Below, piece after piece: positions 35,778-47,689 of a DNA stretch of 64,000 nt. The notes under the pieces are model-generated. The model was not told the DNA's origin. It saw only the letters and a list, made by a program, of their open reading frames with translations, and made no database searches. This stretch comes from Mustelus asterias. Taxonomy: Eukaryota. Position numbers and translations under genes: made by a program. Positions within the stretch are counted from its first letter, which is position 1. The number at the start of each line of letters is the position of its first letter. Where the stretch lies: assembly GCF_964213995.1 (NCBI RefSeq), contig NC_135830.1, positions 4,774,001 to 4,838,000 on the forward strand, in the 5' to 3' direction.

Positions 35778-36332
35778 TGATAATCTCAAATTACTCTATA
35801 TCAGGCTTGGTTCGACAACAAATCGATTCAACTCCAGGTGTTTAATCAACCTCTTTATTTCATTATTTAACGACGTCGGGTCAGTCTTCCTTAATGATGC
35901 AGGCTAACAAAGCCTGCAGTCCTCAGGGGATACTGAACACACCTCTTTGTTTTGGTACAATACAAATACTTTTTTTCATAGCACATGCAAGCGACCCGAT
36001 AGCCTACCAGCTATAGCCCCAATATACTTGTTACCAATCAGAGGATAATATTATTTCGTGCACTCCTCGTGCGAGTCACATTCTGTGCACGTATGCTGCA
36101 ACACAGAACACTTGTGTGATAACAAGTGATCGCAGCTGCATTCAGCTTATCTTCGGCAGTTGTCTGCAGAACAAGGCTATACCATCACATGACCTCACCC
36201 AACTGCCAGGAGCCAGGCAATAGTTTATACTCACTTATACTATAATACTGTAAGCATTAGATTATTAATAGTTTCTACAATTAAGGAAGACATCACTATC
36301 CAAGTATCACTACACATATATCCACATCCACA
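35778..36332 (-). repeat. 3' LTR
   Basis: Homologous to 40069-40647; adjacent PPT aaaagtggggaa (36333-36344, minus); AATAAA at 35854-35859 (minus). Confidence 0.93.
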
Positions 36333-36392
36333 TTCCCCACTTTTATCATTCTGTTATAACCACTGACATTGTCGTGGCTTGTTCAATTCAGG

Positions 36393-37724
36393 TTACAATT
36401 GTATTTTCATCAAGTCCAATATTACTTTATCTCTCTCATCCTCCGCATACAATTCTGCCTCCACTTCTCGTCGGGTTTCCTCCAGCACCTCGTCGTCCAG
36501 TATGGGTTGGTATTCCTTGTCCTTTTCCTCCTCACTCGCGGCGAACATCATCGGTTGAGTCGGTCGTGACCCTATCGATTCCAAGGTGGTCATCACCCGT
36601 GCGATGAGACACTTTACAATGCCAATTCCAATACTTATACACAGAACCAAGAGTATGGCATATAATCCCACATTCATTAACCAACCAAGCCATCCTGACA
36701 GGTCCCATTCCCCTAATCCTTTGCCCTCTCTCATCGACCCTAGTTGCTGGTCAATTTGGTTCAGGTAATTAGTGAGATTAGTAGTGACCTCATCTAGTCC
36801 CAGTATGCAGTGATCCTTCACTATGGCACACAGGCCTCCTTGTCGAGCCAGCAGGTAATCCAAGGCATATCTATTCTGCTGGGCATACAGCCTGAGTTTC
36901 TCTAGTTGGGCGGTGATGACCTGGAGGGCCCCTCTTGTAGCGTTCCCCAAGGCGGTAAGGCCGCAAGCAATGTAATTACGATTATCTGCAGCCGTTCGCC
37001 CTGGGACGGCTCCAAAGGAAAAGAAACCCGCCGCTCCATAGCCAGCAGCCTGACCAGGAGTGGGGGCAGTTATTTCCTTGTAGTCAGTGCAAACCTCCTC
37101 CGATAACTGCCGCTCTGGCCTTCTATGGCGATGACGTGGAGGCCCCCAATGGCTCGGACAAGGAACCATGCTGGGAAGTGGTCCCTGTTGCCACTGAACG
37201 GGGGTAAGGGTAGGACAAATAATTGATGGCCGTACCATTGAAAAAGAAGAAATACCCTGTTTCAGTGTACATGGTCTCTGAACACTTTTGCTATGTCCCG
37301 TTGGCTCGAACCTGGTGATAGGTATCATCGGTTCCCAAGAACAGGGATCTGGAACCTGTACAGGATGGTACCGTCAGTCTTCCTTCTGCATTAATCTGTA
37401 CTATCGTAAAGTCCCTACCGTAAGCATGAAGGTGGGTGCCATTCATATAGCCACAAATTAGATTTTCCCCTTTTCGCAAAGCTATGCAGGTCGAATTCAA
37501 ACACTTACAGATTACCTAATCTCTCTGGGCTTCGTACCTACATTTATGCTGATGGCAATACTTACTCAGGCAGAGGTGATCCTGGCACACATAAACTGTG
37601 GAGCATCCCCAACCCCTCCCTTCTTACAACACGGAACACCAAGCCGATGAGCTTGACACTTGACCACCACCTGGAGGGGACAAAAACATAACGACAAGCA
37701 TAACAACCACAGAGTAAAGAGCAT
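36393..37724 (-). pseudogene. env: Retroviral envelope; SU frameshifted, TM subunit open
   Basis: Signal peptide MLFTLWLLCLSLCF at 37724; basic cleavage region RHRHRRPER; fusion peptide; ISD QQNRYALDYLLARQGGLC; CX6C; membrane anchor; acidic tail. Confidence 0.9.
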
Positions 37725-37790
37725 GTCACCCGGTACCGCCTCTCATACTAATCATCCGTAAAATCCTCCTCCCTGTCATCCTCAATTCTT

Positions 37791-39115
37791 TTAGGCTTCG
37801 GCTTGCCCGATCAATTTACAGTGGTGGAGGTGGACCCAGGCATCGCGAACCGCCACCTTAGCCGCTGTAGGGGTGGTTAACAAGACTTGGAATGGGCCCT
37901 CCCACCGCGGCTCTAAATGCTTGCGACTCCAATTGTTGATAAGGACAAATGAGCCCGGTTTTACTTTAGTGGGAGTGGTTAAGGTAGGTGGCTTACCGTG
38001 AGCAGCCCGGACTTGTGAGTGGAGATGGCGCAAAGAGTGGGTAAGGGAGAGGATATATGAGGTCATTTCATCCGTCATATGATGGAAATGAACGGGCGTC
38101 GTTGCCCATCATCCCAAGGGTTCTGCAGGGGTCGACCATACAAGACCTCCGCGGGCGAGAGATGGGACGGTCCTGCAGGGGTGGTTCATATTTGAAATAA
38201 AGCTACAGGGAGTAGTCTGACCCAAGACAGATCTGAAGTTTCTACAAGTTTAGCCAGCTTGGTTTTGAGCGTTTGATTGGAACGTTCGACTACATCAGCA
38301 GCTTGGGGATGGTGAGCGCAATGGAGCTGTTGCCGAATATTCAGCTGGGTGCACAGCTCCTTATTGACCGATGCAATAAAATGTGGGCCATTGTCAGAAC
38401 TCAGGCAGGTCGGGACGCCAAATCGAGGCACAATTTCGCGCAGTAAAATCCTGACGACAGTTGTCACTTTGTTATCCGATGTAGGATACGCGTCAATCCA
38501 CTTGCTAAGGACATCCACGATTACTGAGACATATTTATACCCCTGACATCTCTGCAACTCAATGTAGTCCATCTGCTGGGTGTCAAAGGGGCCTGCCGGC
38601 AGGGGAGTCTTACCCAGATCACAGGGCGCACTCTTGCCCGGATTATGCTGTTGGCATATCAAACAGCGGAGGCTTAGACTTTGTGCCATGTCCTGTAGGC
38701 GAGGATGCCACCAGGAAGTGAGGAGCAAATCACTAAGAGACCTTGCACCACAGTGAGTTGCAAAGTGTACACAATCAATTACCCAGAGAGCCAAAGTATC
38801 AGACATACAGTTTGGTTAGCAGGGGTGATCCAGACTCCGGAGTCTGGGTCCACCCTACAGCCCAATACATTCCATAAATCTTCATCGCAAGGCAAGGCTT
38901 GCTGCTGCAATCGAAGATCATCATCGATGGTTGGCATGGATTTCTCAGAGGCAGGGCCATCTGCGTCCAGACTTTTCTCCTGCATCATCATTCGGGGCAC
39001 AATCATCTGACAAGTTTTAAAAACCAATTTGGCCGCCTCATCTGCCCTATGGTTACCTAAAGTGACAGGGTCTTTACCAGCGGTATGGGCGGCGCACTTA
39101 ATCACTGCAAGGGCT
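37791..39115 (-). pseudogene. pol: pol remnant: RNase H C-terminus and integrase (frameshifted)
   Basis: VIKCAAH...GNHRADEAAK; HHCC zinc finger (HFATH...CLIC); QMDYI, SDNGPHF, VERSNQTLK; WEGPFQVLLTTPTA. Confidence 0.92.
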
Positions 39116-39636
39116 GCTCTTGAGGCGGGTGAGGCGGAAGAGGTGTAGTTGCCCCCGTCATCCAATGGTGTAGATCCTTATCTGTATCATTATCAGTGAC
39201 CTTAATGCCATCCATCATGTTCCCTATCTCAGAAGCCTCACAATCCTCAAGAGACCGTTTCTTATGTAAGCATTCCCTTTTCAACACCTCAACTGGTTTT
39301 GGAGTCCCTCCCTCCATTAATTCTATTCCCAACTTAACAGCATTGTCCTGCCAGCTGGATAGGAGACTCTGCTCCTTTAACTCCTGACAATGTTGTAACC
39401 ATAACCCTATAAGCTCCTTCGTCTTCCTTCCCATATTCTTTGAGCCAAATTTGTTGCTGCGCAGCTTTAACAAGGTGGATATTTCTGGTCCCTCCTGGGG
39501 GCCATTCAGATGGCCCTAATTTATGGGTCAATGCCCCCGACAATTGTCTCAATTTGGTGGCTTTATCCGGATATTTCTCGCAAAACATTTGTAAGGCTGA
39601 ATTTGTCTGATTGGTTGTATCCAAATAGTTCCCCAT
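39116..39636 (-). pseudogene. gag: gag N-terminal remnant (matrix-like, Pro-rich end)
   Basis: MGNYLD start downstream of the PBS leader, WPPGGT motif, frameshifted continuation to PLPPHPP. Confidence 0.7.
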
Positions 39637-40047
39637 TTTAAAACAAGCTGTTGTATTCACTCAATACCACGGTAAATTCAATTCGAGCTCTAACAATTTT
39701 ATGACCACCTCACCAGTTCCCTGGTGATCCTCGCCGATCAACAGCGACCCTCAGTGAATTACGGTTCTGCTCAATTATTCACTGACTACTTATTTTCTAC
39801 CTCACCGTTTTCACAGTGACCCAAATAACAACCGACCTGGAGTTGCACAAGCTGATTAAATCACGGGTTATTCCGTCTGGGCGGCTGGCGACAACAAACG
39901 AAAGGTCAACAAACACCAGAATGACAGGGCAGAGGAAAACCAAGTGGTTGTATCAATGGTACTCACGCACTTGGATGGCCAATTCCTCAGTCCCGGACTC
40001 GGTGCTGCTCACTCTAATGCCGTTTTCTGCCGTCTGCCGACCGTTGG

Positions 40048-40066
40048 AATCCCACTTCTGACACCA
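40048..40066 (-). other. Primer binding site complementary to tRNA-Leu(CAA-type) 3' end
   Basis: Minus strand TGGTGTCAGAAGTGGGATT, 2 nt from the 5' LTR. Confidence 0.9.
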
Positions 40067-40068
40067 AA

Positions 40069-40647
40069 TGATAATCTCAATTTACACTCTATCCAGCTTG
40101 GTTCGACAACAAATTGTTTCAACTCCAGATGTTGAATCAACATCTTTATTTCACTTAGTTCATTATGTTACGACGGCGGGTCAGTCTTCCTTAATGATGC
40201 AGCCTAAAAAAGCCTGCAGCCCTCAGGGGAGACTGAACACACTTCTTTGTTTTGGTACAACACAAATACATTTTTCCAAAAAAAGCAAGCGACCCGATAG
40301 CCTACCAGCTATAGCCCCAATATACGCATTACCAATCAGAGGATAATAATCCTTCATGCACTCCTCGTGCTGACCTTCACTGGCCAGTCACATTCTCTGC
40401 ACGTATGCTGCAACACAGAACACTTGTGTGGTGATAAGTGATCGCAGCTGCATTCAGCTTATCATAGCAGGCAGTTGTTTGCAGAACAAGGCCATACCAT
40501 CACATGATCTCACCCAACCGCCAGGAGCCAGGCAGTAGTTTATACTCACTTATACTATAATACTGTAAGCATTAGATTATTAATAGTTTCTACAATCAAG
40601 GAAGACATCACTATCCAAGCATCACTACACATGTATCCACATCCACA
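40069..40647 (-). repeat. 5' LTR
   Basis: Homologous to 35778-36332 with several indels. Confidence 0.93.
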
Positions 40648-43600
40648 AAGGTGCTCTGTTAAGTAGGGTCAGTCTGTCAGCACACAGGGATAGGGCCTGG
40701 GTAAATGTACTCTGTTGATTAGTGGAATCAGTATGTCAGGGTACAGGGATCGGGCCTGGGTAAAGGTGCCCTGTTGATTAGTGGGGTCAGTATGTCAGGG
40801 TACAGGGATAGGGCATGGGTAAAAGTGCTCTGTTGATTAGTGGGGTCAGCATGTCAGGGTACAGGGATAGAGCGTGGTAAAATATGCTCTGCTGTGTGGT
40901 GGGGTCAGTATACCAGGGTACAGGGATAGGGCCTGCAGAAAGGTGCTCCATTGATTTGTGGGGTCAGTATTTCAGGATATAGGGATTGGGCCTGGGTAAA
41001 GATGCTCTGTTTATTAGTGGGTCAGTATGTCAGGGCACAGGGATCGGACCTCGGAAAAGGTGCTCTGTTGAATTGTGGGGTCAGTATGTCAGGGGACAGG
41101 GATAGGGCCCGGGTAAAGGCGCTCTGTTGATTAATGGGGTCAGAATGCCAGTGTACAGGGTTAGGGCCTGGGGAAAGTTGCTCTGTTGATTTGTGGGTCA
41201 TTATGTCAGGGTATAGGGATTGGGCCTGAGTAAAGATGCTCATTTTTATTAGTGGGGTCAGTATGTCAGGGTACAGGGATAGGACATGGGAAAAGGTGCT
41301 CTTTTGGTTCTTGAGGTCATTATGTCAGGGGACAGGGATAGGGCCTGGGGAATGTTGCTCTGATTAGTGGGGTCAGTATATCAGGGTACAGGGATAGGGC
41401 TTGGGTGAATGTACTCTGTTGATTAGTTGGGTCAGTGTGTCAGGGTACAGGGATAGGGCGTGGGGAATGTTGCTCTGATTAGTGGGGTCAGTATGTCAGG
41501 GTACAGAGATAGGGCCTGCGTAAAGGTGCTCTGTTGATTAGTGAGGTCAGTATGTCAGGGGACAGGGATCGGGCCTGGGGAATGTTGCTCTGATTAGTGG
41601 GGTCGGTTTGTCAGGACACAGGGATAGGGCCTGGGTTAAGGTACTCTGTTGATTAGTGGGGTCAGTATGTCACGGTATAGGGATAGGGTCTGGGTAAAGG
41701 TGCTCTGTTAATTAGTGGGGTCAGTATGTCAGGCTACAGGGATCGGGCCTGCGTAAAGGTGCTCTGTTGATTAGTGGGGTCATTATGTCAGGACACAGGG
41801 ATAGGGTTTGGGCAAAAGTGCTCTGTTGATTAGTGGGGACAGTATGTCACGTTTCACGGATCGGGCCTTGGTAAATGTGCTCTGTTGATTAATAGACTCA
41901 GTTTGTCAGGGTACAGGGATAGGTCCTGTGTAAAGTTGCTCTGTTGATTCGTGGGGTCAGTGTGTCAGGGTCCAGGGATAGGGCCTGGGTAAAAGTGCTC
42001 TGTTGGTTCGTGGGGTCAGTGTGTGAGAGCACAGGGATACGGCCTGGGGAAAGGTTCTCTGTTGATTATTGGGGTCAGTAGTCAAGGGTACAGGGATAGG
42101 GCCTGCGTAAAGGTACTCTGCTGGTGGGTGGAGTCAGTATGTCAGGGGACAGGGATAGGACCTGGGAAAAGGTGCTCTGTTCGTTCGTGAGGTCAGTATG
42201 TCAGGGCACACGGATAGAGCCTGGGTGAAGGCGCGCTGTTGATTAGTGGGGTCAGTATGTCAGGGTACAGGGATAGGTCCTGGGGAATATTGCTCTGATT
42301 CGTGGGATCAGTATGACAGGGAAAAGGTATAGGGCCTGGGTAAAGGTGCTCTGTTGACTAGTGGGTTGCATATGTTAGGGCACAGGGATAGGGCCTGGGG
42401 AATGTTGCTCTGATAAGTGGGGTCAGTATGTCAGGGTACAGGGATCGGGCCTGGGTGAAGGTGCTCTGTTGATTAGAGGGGTCAGTATGTCAGGGTACAG
42501 AGATAGGGCCGGGGTAAAGGTGCTCTGTTTATTAGTGGGGTCAGTATGTCAGGGTACAAGGATCGGGCCTGGATAAAGGTGCTCTGTTGATTAGTGGAGT
42601 CTGTATGTCAGGGGACAGGAATGTGGCCTGCGCAGAGTTGTTCTGTTGATTTGTGGGGTCAGTATGTCAGGGTACATGGATAGGGCCTGGGTAAAGGTGC
42701 TCTGTTTATTAGTGGGGTCGGTCTGTTAGGGTACAGGGATAGGGCCTGGGTAAAAGTGCTCTGTTTATTAGTGGCGTCAGTATGTCAGGGTACAGGGATA
42801 GGGCCTGTGTAAAGATACTCTGCTGATTGGTGGTGTCTGTATGTCAGGGGACAGGGATAGGGCATTGGTCAAGGTGCTCTTTTGATCAGTCGCGTCAGTA
42901 TGTCAGGGCACACGGATAGGGCCTGGGTAAAAGGGCTCGGTTGATTAGTGGGGTCAGTTTGTCAGGGTAAAGGGATAGGGCCTGGGTAAAGGTGTTTTAT
43001 TGATTAGTGGGTTGAGTATCTCAGGGCACAGGTACAGGGCCTGGGGAATGTTGCTCTGATTAGTGGGGTCAGTACATCAAGGTACAGGGATCGGGCCTGG
43101 GTAAAGGTGCTCTGTTGATTAATGGGGTCAGTATGTCAGGGCACAGGGATAGGGCCTCTGTAAAAGTGCTCTGTTTATTAGTTGGGTCAGTATGTCAGGG
43201 TACAGGAATAGGGCCTGGGTAAAGGTGTGTCAGGGCACAGGGATAGGGTCTGTGTAAAAGTGCTCTGTTGATTAGTTGGGTCAATATGTCAGGGTACAGG
43301 ACTAGGGCCTGGGGAAAGATGCCCTGATTAGTGGGGTCAGTATGTCAGGGTACAGGGAAAGAGCCTGGGTAAAGGTGCTCTGTTTATTAGTGGGGTCATT
43401 ATGTCAGGGTACAGGGATCGGGCCTGGGTAATGGTGCTCTGTTGATTAGTGGTGTCTGTATGTCAGGGTACATCGATAGGGCCTGGGCAAAGTTGCTCAG
43501 TTTATTAGTGGGGTCAATATGTCAGGGGACAGGGATAGGGCCTGAGGTAAGGATCTCTGTTGAATACTGTGTTTAGTATGTCAGGGTACATACAGGGATA

Positions 43601-44690
43601 GGGCCCGGGTAAAGTTGCTCTGTTGATTAACGGGGTCAGAATGCCAGGGTAGAGGGATAGGGCCTGGGGAAAGGTGCTCTGTTGATTTGTGGGGTCATTA
43701 TGTCAGGGTATAGGGATTGGGCCTGAGTAAAGATCCTCTGTTTATTAGTGGCATCAGGATGTCAGGGCACAGGGATAGGGCCAGCGTAAAGATACTCTGC
43801 TGATGGGTGGTGTCAGTATGTCAGGGGACAGGGATAGGGCCTGGGAATATTGCTCTGATTAGTGGAATCAGTAGGGCATGGTACAGGGATTGGGCCTGGG
43901 TGAAGGTGTTCTGATGAGTGGGGTCTGTCCGTCACGGGACAGGGATAGGGCCTGGGGAATGTTGCTCTGATTAGTGGGGTCAGTATGTTAGGGGACAGGG
44001 ATAGGGCCTGGGTACAGGTGCTCTGTGATTAGTAGGGTCAGTATGTCAGGGCACAGCGATAGGGCCTGGGCAATGTTGCTCTGATTAGTGGGGTCTGTAA
44101 GTGAAGGTACAGTGATAGCGCCTGGGGAAAGGTGCTCTGTTGATTAGTGGGGTTAGTATGTCAGGGGACAGGGATGGGGCCTGGGTCAAGGTTTTATGTT
44201 GATTATTGGGGTGAGTATGCCAGGGTACATGGATAGGGCCTGGGGAAATGTGCTCTGTTTATTAGTGGGGTCAGTCTGTCAGGGTACAGGGATAGGGCCT
44301 GCGTACATGTACTCTGCAGATGGGTGCTGTCAGTATGTCAGGGTACAGGGATAGGACCTGAGAAAAGGTGCTCTGTTCATTAGTGAGGTCAGTATGTCAG
44401 GGGACAGGGATCGGGTCTGGGGAAAGTTGCTCTGTTGGCCAGTGGGGTCAGTATGTCAGGGTACAGGGATAGGGCCTGGGTAAAGGTGCTCTGTTGATTA
44501 GTGGGGTCAGTATGTCAGGGTACAAGGATCGGGCCTGGGTAAATGTGCTCTGTTGATTCGTGGAGTCAGTATGTCAGGGGACAAGGATAGGGTCTGGGTA
44601 GATGTGCTCTGTTGATTAGTGGGGTCAGTATGTCAGGGTACCGGGATAAGACCTGGGTAACGGTGCTCTGTTGATTAGTGGGGTCTGGAC
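40648..44690 (+). repeat. Satellite, 59-bp monomer (with about 56-bp variant), roughly 70 copies
   Basis: Consensus gggtaaaggtgctctgttgattagtggggtcagtatgtcagggtacagggatagggcct; period 59 (for example 40691 vs 40750); residual piece at 47177-47207. Confidence 0.97.
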
Positions 44691-44695
44691 TCAGT

Positions 44696-47176
44696 ACATA
44701 GAACATAGAACATTACAGCGCAGAACAGGCCCTTCGGCCCACGATGTTGCACCGACCAGTTAAAAAAAAAAAAAAAAAACTGTGACCCTCCAACCTAAAC
44801 CAATTTCTTTTCGTCCATGAACCTATCTACGGATCTCTTAAACGCCCCCAAACTAGGCGCATTTACTACTGATGCTGGCAGGGCATTCCAATCCCTCACC
44901 ACCCTCTGGGTAAAGAACCTACCCCTGACATCGGTTCTATAACTACCCCCCCTCAATTTAAAGCCATGCCCCCTCGTGCTGGATTTCTCCATCAGAGGAA
45001 AAAGGCTATCACTATCCACCCTATCTAAACCTCTAATCATCTTATATGTTTCAATAAGATCCCCTCTTAGCCGCCGCCTTTCCAGCGAAAACAATCCCAA
45101 ATCCCTCAGCCTCTCCTCATAGGATCTCCCCTCCATACCAGGCAACATCCTTGTAAACCTCCTCTGCACCCTCTCCAAAGCCTCCACATCCTTCCTGTAA
45201 TGTGGGGACCAGAACTGCACACAGTACTCCAAGTGCGGCCGCACCAGAGTTGTGTACAGTTGCAACATAACGCTACGACTCCTAAATTCAATCCCCCTAC
45301 CAATAAACGCCAAGACACCATATGCCTTCTTAACAACCTTATCTACTTGATTCCCAACTTTCAGGGATCTATGCACACATATACCTAGATCCCTCTGCTC
45401 CTCCACACTATTCAAAGTCCTCCCGTTAGCCCTATACTCAACACATCTGTTATTCCTACCAAAGTGAATTACCTCACACTTCTCCGCATTAAACTCCATC
45501 CGCCACCTCTCGGCCCAACTTTGCAACCTGTCTAAGTCTTCCTGCAAACTACGACACCCTTCCTCACTGTCTACCACACCACCGACTTTGGTGTCATCAG
45601 CAAATTTGCTAATCCACCCAACTATACCCTCATCCAGATCATTAATAAATATTACAAACAGCAGTGGCCCCAAAACAGATCCCTGAGGTACACCACTTGT
45701 AACCGCACTCCATGATGAATATTTACTATCAACCACCACCCTCTGTTTCCTATCCGCTAGCCAATTCCTGATCCAATTTCCTAGATCACCCCCAATCCCA
45801 TACATCTGCATTTTCTGCAGAAGCCTACCATGGTGAACCTTATCAAACGCCTTACTAAAATCCATATATACCACGTCCACTGCCCTGCCCCCATCCACCT
45901 CCTTGGTCACTTTCTCAAAAAACTCAATAAGGTTAGTAAGGCACGACCTACCTGCCACAAAACCATGCTGACTATCACCTATCAATTCATTACTCTCCAA
46001 ATAACTATAAATCCTATCCCTTATAATTTTTTCCAACATCTTGCCGACAACAGAAGTGAGACTCACCGGTCTATAATTCCCGGGGAAGTCTCTGTTCCCC
46101 TTCTTAAACAATGGGACAACATTCGCTAACCTCCAATCTTCTGGTACTATACCAGAGGCCAACGACGACCTGAAGATCAGAGCCAGAGGCTCTGCAATCA
46201 CTTCTCTTGCCTCCCAGAGAATCCTTGGATAAATCCCATCCGGACCAGGGGATTTATCTATTTTCAGACCCTCCAGAATATCCTGCACATCCTCCTTATC
46301 AACTGTAATACTGTCTATTCAACTCCCTTGCAACCCAGTGTCCTCCTCAGCTATATTCATGTCCCCTTGCGTGAACACCGAAGAGAAATATTGGTTCAAT
46401 GCTTCACCAATCTCCTCCGGTTCCACACATAACTTCCCTCTGCCATCTATAACTGGCCCTAAACTTGCCCTAACCAACCTTCTGTTCTTGACATACCTAT
46501 AGAACGCCTTAGGATTCTCTTTAACCCTATCCGCCAAAGTCTTCTCATGTCCCCTTTTAGCCCTTCTAAGCTCGCTCTTCAACTCCCTCTTAGCCAATCT
46601 AAAGCTTTCTAGTGCACTACCCGAGTGCTCACGTCTCATCCGAACATAAGCCTCCTTTTTCTTTTTAACCAACAAAGAAACTTTTTTGGTGCACCACGGT
46701 TCCCTAGCCCTACCAATTCCTCCTTGCCTGACAGGGACATACCTATCACAGACTCGCAGTAGCTTCTCCTTGAAAAAACTCCACATGTCGGACGTTCCCA
46801 GTCCCTGTAATCTCCTAGTCCAACCTATGTTTCCTAATTCTCTCCTAATAGCCTCATAATTACCCTTCCCCCAGCTAAAACCACTGGCCCGAGGTTCATG
46901 CCTATCCCTTTCCATCACTAAGGTGAACGTAACCGAATTGTGGTCACTATCACCAAAATGCACACCAACTTCCAAGTCTAGCACCTGGTCTGGCTCATTT
47001 CCCAGCACCAGATCCAATATAGCCTCACCTCTAGTTGGCCTGTCTACATACTGAGTCAAAAAACCTTCCTGCACGCTTTGAACAAAAACTGACCCCTCTA
47101 ACGAGCTAGAGCTATAACAATTCCAGTCAATATTAGTCAAGTTAAAATCCCCCATAACAATTGCCCTATTACTATC
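44696..47176 (-). mobile_element. Young 5'-truncated CR1 LINE
   Basis: ORF2 from GDFNL to RT C-terminus, in one frame except a single TGA at 46319-46321; (ttctatg)n tail. Confidence 0.96.
44795..46288 (-). CDS. CR1 ORF2 reverse transcriptase domain (497-aa open stretch)
   Basis: KSPGPDG, NYRPVSLTS, MDFSKAFD, GVPQGSVLGP, KFADDTK. Confidence 0.9.
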   Translation of the reverse strand: MQDILEGLKIDKSPGPDGIYPRILWEAREVIAEPLALIFRSSLASGIVPEDWRLANVVPLFKKGNRDFPGNYRPVSLTSVVGKMLEKIIRDRIYSYLESNELIGDSQHGFVAGRSCLTNLIEFFEKVTKEVDGGRAVDVVYMDFSKAFDKVHHGRLLQKMQMYGIGGDLGNWIRNWLADRKQRVVVDSKYSSWSAVTSGVPQGSVLGPLLFVIFINDLDEGIVGWISKFADDTKVGGVVDSEEGCRSLQEDLDRLQSWAERWRMEFNAEKCEVIHFGRNNRCVEYRANGRTLNSVEEQRDLGICVHRSLKVGNQVDKVVKKAYGVLAFIGRGIEFRSRSVMLQLYTTLVRPHLEYCVQFWSPHYRKDVEALERVQRRFTRMLPGMEGRSYEERLRDLGLFSLERRRLRGDLIETYKMIRGLDRVDSDSLFPLMEKSSTRGHGFKLRGGSYRTDVRGRFFTQRVVRDWNALPASVVNAPSLGAFKRSVDRFMDEKKLV

Positions 47177-47689
47177 ACAGTATGTCAGGGGATTAGTGGG
47201 GTCTGGAGCGAAAGTGATCTGAGATGACGCAACAGAAACAGAGAGGGTGACCAGCGAATTAAAAATCCCTGATATCTATTCTGGAAGTCTCATGGTCAGG
47301 ATTCGACACCACGGAGTGAATAACTTCTTATCTAATTCTTCATTAAATCAAAATACGCCTCACAGTGTCTGTTCATGGAGAAACAACGTTGATCTTTCAG
47401 CTGGTTGAACTTGTATCAGACTGGAAAAGTCAGAGATGAAACATCAGCAATGAACTCTGAAGAAGAATCACACGGCAGACACACGGCAGACATTTATCAC
47501 AAAAGGGGCTGACACATGTCAAATTCTGCCTCTTTCAAGTCGCATCTATCTCGTCCTTCTCCATTCAGACATTTCCACATCCGTCAGATATCACCCACCT
47601 GAAAATCCAGCCTGTTCCTCATTCCGCTGATGATGATACAGTAACTCCGTGCTGAACCCAGCAATTGGCTCCATAGCTCAGTGGGTGGA

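Larger units (their letters stand above)
35778..40647 (-). mobile_element. Endogenous retrovirus, internally deleted (LTR-gag'-'pol(RNaseH C-term, IN)-env-LTR)
   Basis: Two homologous TG...CA LTRs, PBS, PPT, gag/IN/env remnants; no protease or RT. Confidence 0.95.

Noticed and set aside
36393-37328. Syncytin-like captured env gene
   Set aside because: The signal peptide is out of frame with TM because SU is frameshifted, so this copy cannot encode a full Env.
40648-44690. Regular repeat array as a CRISPR-like locus
   Set aside because: Monomers abut with no unique spacers, the context is eukaryotic and no cas genes are present; it is a satellite.
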